Of a stretch of DNA of 64,000 nt, positions 14,958 through 27,354 are shown in pieces. Origin of the DNA: Eledone cirrhosa (lineage: Eukaryota); NCBI GenBank assembly GCA_964016885.1, contig OZ024740.1:8680001-8744000 (forward strand), given 5' to 3'. The notes under the pieces were generated by a model. It worked only from the letters and a program-made list of their open reading frames with translations, did not search any database and was not told where the DNA came from. How positions within the stretch are numbered: the stretch's first letter is position 1; each line of letters opens with the position of its first letter. Made by a program: the position numbers and the translations under genes.

Positions 14958-14990
14958 CGTCCAAACCCATGCAAGCGTGGAACACGGACG
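14958..14990 (+). other. Conserved 3'-terminal stem-loop of the RTE RNA (candidate RT recognition element)
   Basis: CGTCC-aaac-CCATGC-AA-GCGTGG-aacac-GGACG. Subfamily B has CGTCT-aac-CCATGC-TA-GCGTGG-aagaac-GGACG (about 43041-43073), so stems are kept (with G-U pairs) while the loops change. Confidence 0.7.
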
Positions 14991-17968
14991 TTAAACGTTG
15001 ATGATGATGATGATGATGATGATATCAGTTTCTATTGGTATGTCAGTTTTGATTGGTATGTCAGTTTCTATTGGTATATCAATTTCTATTGATATATCAG
15101 TTTCGATTAGTATGTCAGTTTCTATTGGTATATCAGTTTCGATTAATTTATCAGTTTCCATTGGTAGTCAGTTTCGATTGGTATGTCAGTTTCTATTGGT
15201 ATATCAGTTTCTATTGGTATGTCTGTTTCTATTGGTATGTCTGTTTCTATTGGTATATCAGTTTCGATTGGTTTATCAGTTCCGATTGGTATGTCAATTT
15301 CGATTGGTATATCAGTTTGGATTGGTATATCAGTTTCGATCGGTATGTCAGTTTCGATTGCTATGTCAGTTTCGATTGTTATATCAGTTTTGAATGGTAT
15401 GTCAATCTCGATTGGTATGTCAATTTCGATTGGTATATCAGTTTCGATTAGTATGTTAATTTCTATTGATATATCAGTTTCGATTGGTATATCAGTTGCG
15501 ATTGGTATGTCAGTTTCTATTGGTATGTCTGTTTCTATTGTTCTATTGCTATATCAGTTGTGATTGGTATATCAGTTTCGATTGGTATATCAGTGTCGAT
15601 TGGTATGTCAATTTCGATTGGTATATCAGTTTCGATTAGTATGTCAGTTTCTATTGGGATATCACTTTCGAATGGTATATCAGTTTCAATTGGTATGTCA
15701 GTTTCTAATGATATATCAGTTTCTATTGGTATGTCAGTTTCTATTGGTATATCAGTTTCAATTGGTATGTCAGTTTCGATTAGTATATCAGTTTCTATTG
15801 GTATGTCAGTTTCGATTGGTATGTCAGTCTCGATTGTTATGTCAGTTTCGATTGTTATGTCAGTTTCGTTGGTATACCAGTTTCGATTGGTATATCAGTT
15901 TAGATTGGTATGTCAGTTTCGATTGGTAAGTCAGTTTCGATTGGTATATCAGTTTCGATTGGTATGTCAGTTTCGATTGGTATATCAGTTTCGAATGGTA
16001 TGTCAATCTCGATTGGTATGTCAGTTTCGAATGGTATGTCAGTTTCTATTGTTATATCTGCTTTGATTGGTATGACAGTTTCGATTAGAAAATCAGTTTC
16101 TATAAGTATGTCAGTTTCTATTGGTATATCAGTTTCGATTGGTATATCAGTTTCGATTGGTATGTCAGTTTCTATTGGTATATCAATTTCGTTTGTTATA
16201 TCAGTTTCGATTAGTACGTCAGTTTCTATTGGTATGTCAGTTTCGATTAGTTTATCAGTTTCTATTGGTATGTCAGTTTCGATTGGTATGTCAGTTTCTA
16301 TTGGTATATCAGTTTCTATTGGTATATCAGTTTCTATTGGTATGTCTGTTTCTATTGCTATATCAGCTTCGATTGGTATATCAGTTTCGATTAATATATC
16401 AGTTTCGATTGGTATGTCACTTTCGATTGGTATGTCAGACTCGATTGTTATGTCAGTTTCGATTGGTATGTCAGTTCCGATTGGTATACGAGTTTCGATT
16501 GGTATATCAGTTTAGATTTGTATGTCAGTTTCGATTGGTATATCAGTTTCAAATGGTATGTCAATCTCGATTGGTATGTCTGTTTCTATTGGTATGTCTG
16601 TTTCGATTGAAATATCAGTTCCGATTGGTATGTCAATTTCGACTGGTATGTCAGTTTGGATTGGTATATCAGTTTCGATCGGTATGTCAGTTTCGATTGC
16701 TATGTCAGTTTCAATTGTTATATCAGTTTTGAATGGTATGTCAATCTCGATTGGTATGTCAATTTCGATTGCTATATCAGTTTCGATTAGTATGTCAGTT
16801 TCTATTGGTATATCAGTTTCGATTGGTATATCAGTTTCTGTTGGTATGTCAGTTTTCGATTGGTATGTCAGTTTCTATTGGTATATCAGTTTCTATTGGT
16901 ATGTCTGTTTCTATTGGTATATCAGTTTCAATTGGTATATCAGTTTCAATTGGTATATCAGTTTCGATTGCTATGTCAGTTTCGATTGCTACGTCAGTTT
17001 CGATTGGTATGTTAGTTTCTATTGGTATGTCAGTTTCCATTAGTATATCAGTTTCTATTGGTATGTCTGTTTCGATTGGTATGTTAGTCTTAGATTTGTA
17101 TGTCAGTTTCTATTGGTTTATCAGTTTCGATTGGTATGTCAGTTTCAATTAGTATATCAGTTTCTATTGGTATGTCAGTTTCTATTGGTATATCAGTTTT
17201 GATTGGCATATCAGTTTCGATTGGTATGTCAGTTTCGATTGGTATGTCAGTTTTCGATTGGTATATCAGTCTTTATTGCTATATCAGTTTCTATTGGTAT
17301 GTCAGTTTTGATTAGTATATCAGTTCCTATAGATATGTCAGTTTCGATTGGTATGTCAGTTTCTATTTGTATATCAGTTTCTATTGGTATGTCAGTTGCT
17401 ATTGTATTGTTATATCAGTTTCTATTGGTATATCAGTTTCGATTGGTATATCAGTTTCGATTGGTATTTCAATCTCGATTGGTATGTCAGTTTCGATTGG
17501 TATATCAGTTTCAATTGGTATATCAGTTTCAATTGGTATATCAGTTGCGATTGCTATGTCAGTTTCGATTGCTATGTCAGTTTCGATTGGTATGTTAGTT
17601 TCTATTGGTATGTCAGTTTTGATTAGTATATCAGTTTCTATTGGTATGTCTGTTTCGATTGGTATGTTAGTCTTAGATTTGTATGTCAGTTTCTATTGGT
17701 TTATCAGTTTCGATTGGTATGTCAGTTTCAATTAGTATATCAGTTTCTATTGGTATGTCAGTTTCTATTGGTATATCAGCTTTGATTGGCATATCAGTTT
17801 CGATTGGTATGTCAGTTTCGATTGGTATGTCAGTTTTGATTAGTATATCAGTTCCTATAGGTATGTCAGTTTCCATTGGTATGTCAGTTTCTATTGGTAT
17901 ATCAGTTTCAATTGGTATGTCAATTTCGATTGGTATGTCAGTTTCGATTGGTATATCAGATTCGACTA

Positions 17969-18045
17969 TCAAGTGGGACTACCCCCGTCCAAACCCATGC
18001 AAGCATGGAACACGGACGTTAAACGTTGATGATGATGATGATGAT
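17969..18045 (+). mobile_element. Extremely 5'-truncated RTE subfamily A insertion (3' hairpin + (GAT)6)
   Basis: TCAAGTGGGACTACCCCCGTCCAAACCCATGCAAGCATGGAACACGGACGTTAAACGTT(GAT)6 matches 14941 onward in copy 1. Confidence 0.95.
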
Positions 18046-19796
18046 ATAACTTTCTATTGATATATCAGTTTCTATTGGTATGTCAGTTTCAATTGGTATG
18101 TCAGTTTCGATTGGTATGTCAGTTTCTATTGGTATATCAGTTTCTATTGGTATATCAGTTTCTATTGGTATGTCTGTTTCTATTGCTATATCAGCTTCGA
18201 TTGGTATATCAGTTTCGATTAATATATCAGTTTCGATTGGTATGTCACTTTCGATTGGTATGTCAGACTCGATTGTTATGTCAGTTTCGATTGGTATGTC
18301 AGTTCCGATTGGTATACGAGTTTCGATTGGTATATCAGTTTAGATTTGTATGTCAGTTTCGATTGGTATATCAGTTTCAAATGGTATGTCAATCTCGATT
18401 GGTATGTCTGTTTCTATTGGTATGTCTGTTTCGATTGAAATATCAGTTCCGATTGGTATGTCAATTTCGACTGGTATGTCAGTTTGGATTGGTATATCAG
18501 TTTCGATCGGTATGTCAGTTTCGATTGCTATGTCAGTTTCAATTGTTATATCAGTTTTGAATGGTATGTCAATCTCGATTGGTATGTCAATTTCGATTGC
18601 TATATCAGTTTCGATTAGTATGTCAGTTTCTATTGGTATATCAGTTTCGATTGGTATATCAGTTTCTGTTGGTATGTCAGTTTTCGATTGGTATGTCAGT
18701 TTCTATTGGTATATCAGTTTCTATTGGTATGTCTGTTTCTATTGGTATATCAGTTTCAATTGGTATATCAGTTTCAATTGGTATATCAGTTTCGATTGCT
18801 ATGTCAGTTTCGATTGCTACGTCAGTTTCGATTGGTATGTTAGTTTCTATTGGTATGTCAGTTTCCATTAGTATATCAGTTTCTATTGGTATGTCTGTTT
18901 CGATTGGTATGTTAGTCTTAGATTTGTATGTCAGTTTCTATTGGTTTATCAGTTTCGATTGGTATGTCAGTTTCAATTAGTATATCAGTTTCTATTGGTA
19001 TGTCAGTTTCTATTGGTATATCAGTTTTGATTGGCATATCAGTTTCGATTGGTATGTCAGTTTCGATTGGTATGTCAGTTTTCGATTGGTATATCAGTCT
19101 TTATTGCTATATCAGTTTCTATTGGTATGTCAGTTTTGATTAGTATATCAGTTCCTATAGATATGTCAGTTTCGATTGGTATGTCAGTTTCTATTTGTAT
19201 ATCAGTTTCTATTGGTATGTCAGTTGCTATTGTATTGTTATATCAGTTTCTATTGGTATATCAGTTTCGATTGGTATATCAGTTTCGATTGGTATTTCAA
19301 TCTCGATTGGTATGTCAGTTTCGATTGGTATATCAGTTTCAATTGGTATATCAGTTTCAATTGGTATATCAGTTGCGATTGCTATGTCAGTTTCGATTGC
19401 TATGTCAGTTTCGATTGGTATGTTAGTTTCTATTGGTATGTCAGTTTTGATTAGTATATCAGTTTCTATTGGTATGTCTGTTTCGATTGGTATGTTAGTC
19501 TTAGATTTGTATGTCAGTTTCTATTGGTTTATCAGTTTCGATTGGTATGTCAGTTTCAATTAGTATATCAGTTTCTATTGGTATGTCAGTTTCTATTGGT
19601 ATATCAGCTTTGATTGGCATATCAGTTTCGATTGGTATGTCAGTTTCGATTGGTATGTCAGTTTTGATTAGTATATCAGTTCCTATAGGTATGTCAGTTT
19701 CCATTGGTATGTCAGTTTCTATTGGTATATCAGTTTCAATTGGTATGTCAATTTCGATTGGTATGTCAGTTTCGATTGGTATATCAGATTCGACTA

Positions 19797-19873
19797 TCAA
19801 GTGGGACTACCCCCGTCCAAACCCATGCAAGCATGGAACACGGACGTTAAACGTTGATGATGATGATGATGAT
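19797..19873 (+). mobile_element. Duplicate of the 77-bp RTE tail insertion
   Basis: Same sequence and same flanks as 17969-18045, offset 1828, so not an independent insertion. Confidence 0.95.
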
Positions 19874-21959
19874 ATAACTTTCTATTGATATATCAGTTTC
19901 TATTGGTATGTCAGTTTCAATTGGTATGTCAGTTTCGATTGGTATATCAGTTTAGAGTGGTATTTCAATCTCGATTGTTATGTCAGTTTCGATCGGCATA
20001 TCAGTTACAATTGGTATATCAGTTTCAATTGGTATGTTAGTTTCTATTGGTATGTGAGTTTCGATTAGTATATCAGCTTCTATTGGTATGTCAGTTTCGA
20101 TTGGTATGTTAGTCCTCGATTTCTATGTCAGTTTCTATTGGTATATCAGTTTCGATTGGTATATCAGTTTCGATTGGTCTGTCAATTTCGATTGGTATGT
20201 CAGTTTCGATTGGTATATCAGTTTTGAATGTTATTTCAATCTCGATTGGTATGTCAGTTTCAATTGGTATATCAGTTTCGATTAGTATGTCAGTTTCTAT
20301 TGGTATATCATTTTCGATTGGTATATCAGTTTCTATTGGTATGTCATTGGTATATCAGTTTCAAATGGTATGTCAGACTCGATTGGTATATCAGTTTCGA
20401 TTGGTATATCAGTTTCGATTGGTATGTCAGTTTCTATTGGTATATCAGTTTCTATTGGTATGTCCGTTTCGATTGGTATGTCAGTTTCTATAGGTATATC
20501 AGTTTCGATTGGTATGTTAGGTTCTATTGGTATGTCAGTTTCGATTAGTATATCAGTTTCGATTGGTATGTTAGTCCTCGAGTTGTATGTCAGTTTCTAT
20601 TGGTAAATCAGTTTCAATTGGTATGTCAGTTTCGATTAGTATATCAGTTTCTATTGGTATGTCAGTTTCTATTGGTATATCAGTTTCGATTGGTATATCA
20701 GTTTCGATTGGTATGTCAATTTCGATTGGTATGACAGTTTTGATTGGTATATCAGATTCCACTGGTATATCACTTTCTATTGGTATATCAGTTTCTATTA
20801 GTATATCAGTTACTATTGGTATGTCAGTTTCGATTGGTATGTCAGTTTCGATTGTTATGTCAGTTTCTATTGGTATATCAGTTTCGTTTGGTATGTCAGT
20901 TTCGATTACTATATCAGTTTCTGTTGGTATGTCAGTTTCGATTGGTATGTTAGTCCTCGATTTGTATGTCAGTTTCTATTGGTATATCAGTTTCTATTGG
21001 TATGTCAGTTTCAATTGGTATGTCAGTTTCTATTGGTATGTCAGTTTCGATGAGTATATCAGTTTCTATTGGTATGTCAGTCTCTATTGGTATGTCAGTT
21101 TCGATGAGTATATCAGTTTCGATTGGTATGTCAGTTTCGATTGGTATATCAGTTTCGATTGGTATGTCAGTTTCGATTGGTATATCAGTTTTGAATGGTA
21201 TTTCAATCTCCATTGGTATGTCAGTTTCGATTGGTATGTTAGTCCTCGATTTGTATGTTAGTTTCTATTGGTATATAAGTTTCTATTGCTATATCAGTTT
21301 CTATTGGTATATCAGTTTCTATTGGTATGTCAGTTTCTATTGGTATGTCAGTTTCGATTGGTATGTCAATTTCGATTGGTATGTCAGTTTCGATTGGTAT
21401 GTCAGTTTCGATTGGTATATCAGTTTCGATTGGTATGTCAATTTCGATTGGTATGTCAGTTTCGATTGGTATATCAGTTTCGAATGGTATTTCAATCTCG
21501 ATTGGTATGCCAGTTTCAAATGGTATATCAGTTTCGATTAGTATGTCAGTTTCGATTGGTATATCAGTTTCTATTGGTATGTCATTGGTATATCAGTTTC
21601 GAATGGTATGTCAGACTTGATTGGTATATCAGTTTCGATTGGTATATCAGTTTCGATTGGTATGTCAGTTTCTATAGGTTTATCAGTTTCGATTGGTATG
21701 TTAGGTTCTATTGGTATGTCAGTTTCGATTAGTATATCAGTTTCTATTGGTATGTCAGTTTCTATTGCTATATCAGTTTCTATTGGTATGTCAGTTTCAA
21801 TTCGTATGTCAGTTTCTAGTGGTATGTCAGTTTCAATTGGTATGTCAGTCTCTATTTGTATATCAGTTTCTATTGGTATATCAATTTCGATTGGTATGTC
21901 AGTTTCGATTGGTATGTCAGTTTCTATTGGTATGTCAGTTTCTATTAGTATATCAGTTT

Positions 21960-22610
21960 CTGTTGGTATATCAGTTTCGATTGGCATATCAGTTTCGACT
22001 GGTATATCAGTTTCGATTGGTATATCAGTTTCGATTGGTATATCAGTTTCGATTGGCATATCAGTTTCGACTGGTATATCAGTTTCGATTGGTATATCAG
22101 TTTTTAATGGTATCTCAGTTTCTGTTGGTATATCAGTTTCGATTGGCATATCAGTTTCGACTGGTATATCAGTTTCGATTGGTATATCAGTTTCGATTGG
22201 TATATCAGTTTTTATTGGTATGTCAGTTTCTGTTGGTATATCAGTTTCGATTGGCATATCAATTTCGACTGGTATATCAATTTCGATTGGTATATCAGTT
22301 TTTATTGGTATGTCAGTTTCTGTTGGTACATCAGTTTCGATTGGCATATCAGTTTCGACTGGTATATCAGTTTCTATTGGTATATCAGTTTCGATTGGTA
22401 TATCAGTTTTTATTGGTATGTCAGTTTCTGTTGGTATATCAGCTTCGATTGGCATATCAGTTTCGACTGGTATATCAGTTTCGATTGGTATATCAGTTTC
22501 GATTGGTATATCAGTTTTTATCGGTATGTCAGTTTCTGTTGGTATATCAGTTTCGATTGGCATATCAGTTTCGACTGGTATATCAGCTTCGATTGGTATA
22601 TCAGTTTCTA
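21960..22610. repeat. Local 5-6-monomer (90/108-bp) higher-order sub-repeat
   Basis: Marker TCTGTTGG recurs at about 21961, 22123, 22231, 22321, 22429 and 22537, together with GGCATATC, TCGACTGG and TTTTATTGG variants. The block is copied at about 34910-35560. Confidence 0.85.
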
Positions 22611-24437
22611 TTGGTATATCAGTTTCTATAGGCATGTCAGTCTCTATTGGTATATCAGTTTCGATTGGTATGTCAGTTTCGAATGCTATGTCAGTTTCGT
22701 TTGGTATGTCAGTTTCGACTGGTATATCAGTTTCGAATGGAATTTCAATCTCGATTGGTATGTGAGTTTCGATTGGTATGTGAGTTTCGATTAATATATC
22801 AGTTACTATTGGTATGTATGTTTCGATTGGTATGTCATTTTCGATTGTTATGTCAGTGTCTATTGGTATATCAGTTTCGATTGGTATATCAGTTTCGATT
22901 GGTATATTAGTATCAATTGTTATGTCAATTTCAATTGGTATGTCAGTTTCGATTGGTATATCAGTTTCGAATGGTATTTCAATCTCGATTGGTATGTCAA
23001 TTTCGATTGGTATGTCAGTTTCGATTGGTATATAAGTTTCTATTGCTATATCAGTTTCGATTGGTATGTCAGTTTCTATGGGTATATCAGTTTCGATTGG
23101 CATATCAGTTTCGATTGGTATATCAGTTTCGATTGGTATGTCAGTTTCTATTGGTATGTCAGTTTCGATTGGTATGTCAGTTTCTATAGATATATCAGTT
23201 TCGATTGGTATGTTAGTCCTCGAGTTGTATGTCAGTTTCTATTGGTATATCAGTTTCGATAGGTATGTCAGTTTCGATTAGTATATCAGTTTATATTGGT
23301 ATGTCAGTTTCTATTGGTATGTCAGTTTTGATTGGTATATCAGATTCGACTGGTATATTACTTTCTATTGTTATATCAGTTTCTACTGGTATGTCAGTCT
23401 CAATTGGTATGTCAGTTTCGATTGGTATGTTAGATTCAATTTTTATTTCAGTTTCAATTGGTATGTCAGTTTCGATTGGTATATCAGTTTTCGATTGGTA
23501 TGTCAGTTTCAATTAGTATATCAGTTTCTATTGGTATATCAGTTTCGATTGGTATGTTAGTCCTCGATTTGTATGTCAGTTTCTATTGGTATATCAGTTT
23601 CGATTGGTATGTCAGTTTCGATTAGTATATCAGTTTCTATTGGTATGTCAGTTTCTATTGGTATATTAGTATCGATTGGTATGTCAATTTCAAATGGTAT
23701 GTCAGTTTCGATTGTATATCAGTTTCGATTAGTATATCAGTTTCTATTGGTATATCAGTTTCGATTGGTACATTAGTTTCTATTGGTATGTCAGTTTCTA
23801 TTAGTATATCAGTTTCGATTGGTATATCAGTTTCGATTAGTATATCAGTTTCGATTGCTATGTCAGTTTCTATTAGTATATCAGTTTCGATTGGTATATC
23901 AGTTTCGATTGGTATGTCAGTTTCTATTGGTATATCAGTTTCTATTGGTATGTCCGTTTCGATTGGTATGTTAGTCCTCGATTTGTATGTCAGATTCTAT
24001 TGGTATATCAGTTTCGATTGGTATGTCAGTTTCGATTAGTATATCAGTTTCTATTGGTATGTCAGTTTCTATTGGTATATCAGTTTCGATTTGTATGTCA
24101 ATTTTGATTGGCATGTCAGTTTCGATTGGTATATCAGATTCGACTGGTATATCACTTTCTATTGCTATATCAGTTTCTATTGGTATGTCAGTTTCAATTG
24201 GTATGTCAGTTTCTATTGGTATATCAGTTTCGATTGGTATGTCACTTTCTATTGGTATGTCAGTTTCTATTAGTATATCAGTTTCTATTGGTATGTCAGT
24301 CTCTATTGGTATATCAGTTTCGATTGGTATGTCAGTTTCGATTGGTATATCAGTTTCTATTGGTATATCAGTTTCGATTCGTATGTCAGTTTCGACTGGT
24401 ATGTCAGTTTCTATTGGTGTGTCAGTTTCGATGAGTA

Positions 24438-24984
24438 TTTAGCAGTAATTAGTTATAGATGTTATCGCCACTTTAGCAGGGTGGTAGAATCAGTGGTCGT
24501 TAGTTGCCAGTGTGGTAAGTGATAGTATCCTCGTTGGATTAGACATAGACGTGAGGGAAGGTCCCTCGATCTATTTACCATCTATTTACAATATTCCTTT
24601 CGTCAGGTCGCCAATTCCAGCATCATGGATTAAAGATGCCATTGAGACACGAGTAACATAATAACGACTTCAACCGCAGTAATTAGAGATGAAAAGTTTG
24701 TTTATTTATATGGTTGAAATTACAGATAAAAAGAGGTTACAAAAGGGAATGTGCCATTGCGCCGTTTAGCCGGCGAGGCTAGTGGTGCAATATCTCACTG
24801 TTACATTATGCGTGTTGCTGGCTCGAAGTTTCTGGTACAAGAGCGAGATTCTTCAAATCTTTGCGGTGAATTTCTTCCTCAGGGCGCGTAGGGATACATC
24901 CTCTTCTACTGGCGCTGATTGGCTGAACTGAGCCAAATCACGCACAGAGAATGTATGTGAGCCCGCGGAATGTAGGTCACTACA
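24438..24984 (-). mobile_element. 547-bp solo-LTR-like insertion (probably Ty3/Gypsy-type)
   Basis: Non-satellite and non-coding. Termini T(T)TAG...CTACA (TG...CA with one substitution). 4-bp direct repeat AGTA on both sides; the empty site GATGAGTATATCAG occurs elsewhere, e.g. about 25521. The minus strand has a CCAAT-type motif at about 24917-24923 and TATAAATAAA at 24701-24710. Orientation is inferred from these motifs. Confidence 0.65.
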
Positions 24985-27354
24985 AGTATATCAGTTTCTA
25001 TTGGTATGTCAGTCTCTATTGGTATATCAGTTTCGATTGGTATGTCAGTTTCGATTGGTATGTCAGTTACTATTGGTATAGCAGTTTCGATTGTTATGTC
25101 ATTTTCGATTGGTATATCAGTTTCAATTGGTATATCAGTTTCAATTGGTATGTCAGTTTCTATTGGTATGTCAGTTTCGATTAGTATATCCGCTTCTATT
25201 GGTATGTCAGTTTTATTGGTATGTTAGTCCTCGATTTGTATGTCAGTTTCTATTGGTATATCAGTTTCGATTGGTTTGTCAGTTTCAATTAGTACATCAG
25301 TTTCTATTGGTATGTAAGTTTCTATTGGTATATCAGTTTCGATTGGCATATCAGTTTCGATTGGTATATCAGTTTCGATTTGTATGTCAATTTCGATTGG
25401 TATGTCAGTTTCGATTGGTATATCAGATTCGACTGGTATATCACTTTCTATTGCTATATCAGTTTCTATTGGTATGTCAGTTTCAATTGGTATGTCAGTT
25501 TCAATTGGTATGTCAGTTTCGATGAGTATATCAGTTTCTATTGATATGTCAGTCTCTATTGGTATATCAGTTTTGATTGGTATGTCAGTTTCGATTGGTA
25601 TATCAGTTTCGATTGGTATGTCAGTTTCGATTGGTATATCAGTTTCGAATGGTATTTCAATCTCAATTGGTATGTCAGTTTCGATCGGTATGTTAGTCCT
25701 CGATTTGTATGTTAGTTTCTATTGATATATCAGTTTCGATTGGTATGTCAGTTTTAATTAGTATATCAGTTTCTATTGGTATGTTAGTTTCTATTGGTAT
25801 GTCAGACTCGAATGGTATATCAGTTTCGATTGGTATATCAGTTTCGATTGGTATGTCAGTTTCTATTGGTATATCAGTTTCGATTAGTAAGTCAGTTTCT
25901 ATTGGTATATCAGTTTCGATTGGTATATCAGTTTCTATTGGTATGTCATTGGTATATCAGTTTTGAATGGTATGTCAGACTCGATTGGTATATCAGTTTC
26001 GATTGGTATATCAGTTTCGATTGGTATATCAGTTTCTATAGGTATATCAGTTTCGATTGGTTTGTTAGGTTCTATTGGTATGTCAGTTTCGATTAGTATG
26101 TCAGTTTCGATTGGTATGTTAGTCCTCGAGTTGTATGTCAGTTTCTATTGGTATATCAGTTTCGATTGGTATGTCAGTTTCGATTAGTATATCAGTTTCT
26201 ATTGGTATGTCAGTTTCTATTGGTATGTCAGTTTTGATTGGTATATCAGATTCGACTGGTATATCACTTTCTATTGCTATATCAGTTTCTATTGGTATGT
26301 CAGTTTCAATTGGTATGTCAATTTCTATTGGTATATCAGTTTTGATTGGTATGTCAGTTTCGATTGGTATATCACTTTCTATTGCTATATCAGTTTCTAT
26401 TGGTATGTCAGTTTCAATTGGTATGTCAGTTTCTATTGGTATATCAGTTTTGATTGGTATGTCAGTTTCTATTGGTATATCAGTTTCGATTGGTATATCA
26501 GTTTCGATTTGTATGTCAATTTTGATTGGCATGTCAGTTTCGATTGGTATATCAGATTCGACTGGTATATCACTTTCTATTGCTATATCAGTTTCTATTG
26601 GTATGTCAGTTTCAATTGGTATGTCAGTTTCTATTGGTATATCAGGTTCGATTGGTATGTCAGTTTCTATTGGTATGTCAGTTTCTATTAGTATATCAGT
26701 TTCTATTGGTATGTCAGTCTCTATTGGTATATCAGTTTCTATTGGTATGTCAGTTTCGATTGGTATATCAGTTTCTATTGGTATATCAGTTTCGATAGGT
26801 ATGTAAGTTTCTATTGGTATATCAGTTTCGATTGGTATGTCAGTTTCGATTAGTATATCAGTTTCTATTGGTACGTCAGTTACTATTGGTATATCAGATT
26901 CGACTGGTATATCACTTTCTATTGCTATATCAGTTTCTATTGGTATGTCAGTTTCTATTAGTATATTAGTTTCTATTGGTATGTCAGTCTCTGTTGGTAT
27001 ATCAGTTTCGATTGGTATGTCAGTTTCGATTGGTATATCAGTTTCTATTGGTATATCAGTTTCTAATGCTATGTCCGTTTCGATTGGTATATCAGTTTCT
27101 ATTGATATGTCAGTTTCGATTGGTATGTTAGTCCTCGATTTGTATGTCAGTTTCTATTGGTATATCAGTTTCGATTGGTATGTCAATTTCGTTTGGTATG
27201 TCAGTTTCGATTGCTATATCAGATTCGACTGGTATATGATTTTTCTATTGCTATATCAGTTTCTATTGGTATGTCAGTTTCGATTGGTATGTCAGTTTCT
27301 ATTGTTATGTCAGTCTCTATTGGTATATCAGTTTCGAAAGGTATGTCAGTTTCG

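Larger units (their letters stand above)
12949..15023 (+). mobile_element. 5'-truncated RTE-clade LINE, subfamily A (copy 1)
   Basis: RT coding fragment, about 370-bp 3' UTR and (GAT)8 tail at 15000-15023. Near identical to 29022-31099. Short TSD ATATCA (12945-12950 / 15022-15027). Empty sites in paralogous array blocks at about 3901-3920 and 7731-7750 continue exactly as the right flank. Confidence 0.96.
16264..19945. repeat. Tandem duplication, period 1828 bp, including the 77-bp LINE tail
   Basis: Identical translated ORFs offset by exactly 1828 (16522/18350, 16733/18561, 17203/19031, 17683/19511). Breakpoint lies within about 18092-18117. Confidence 0.93.

Noticed and set aside
14998-15023. 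Poly-Met/poly-Asp ORF starts and stand-alone (GAT)n microsatellites
   Set aside because: These are the LINE 3' tails.
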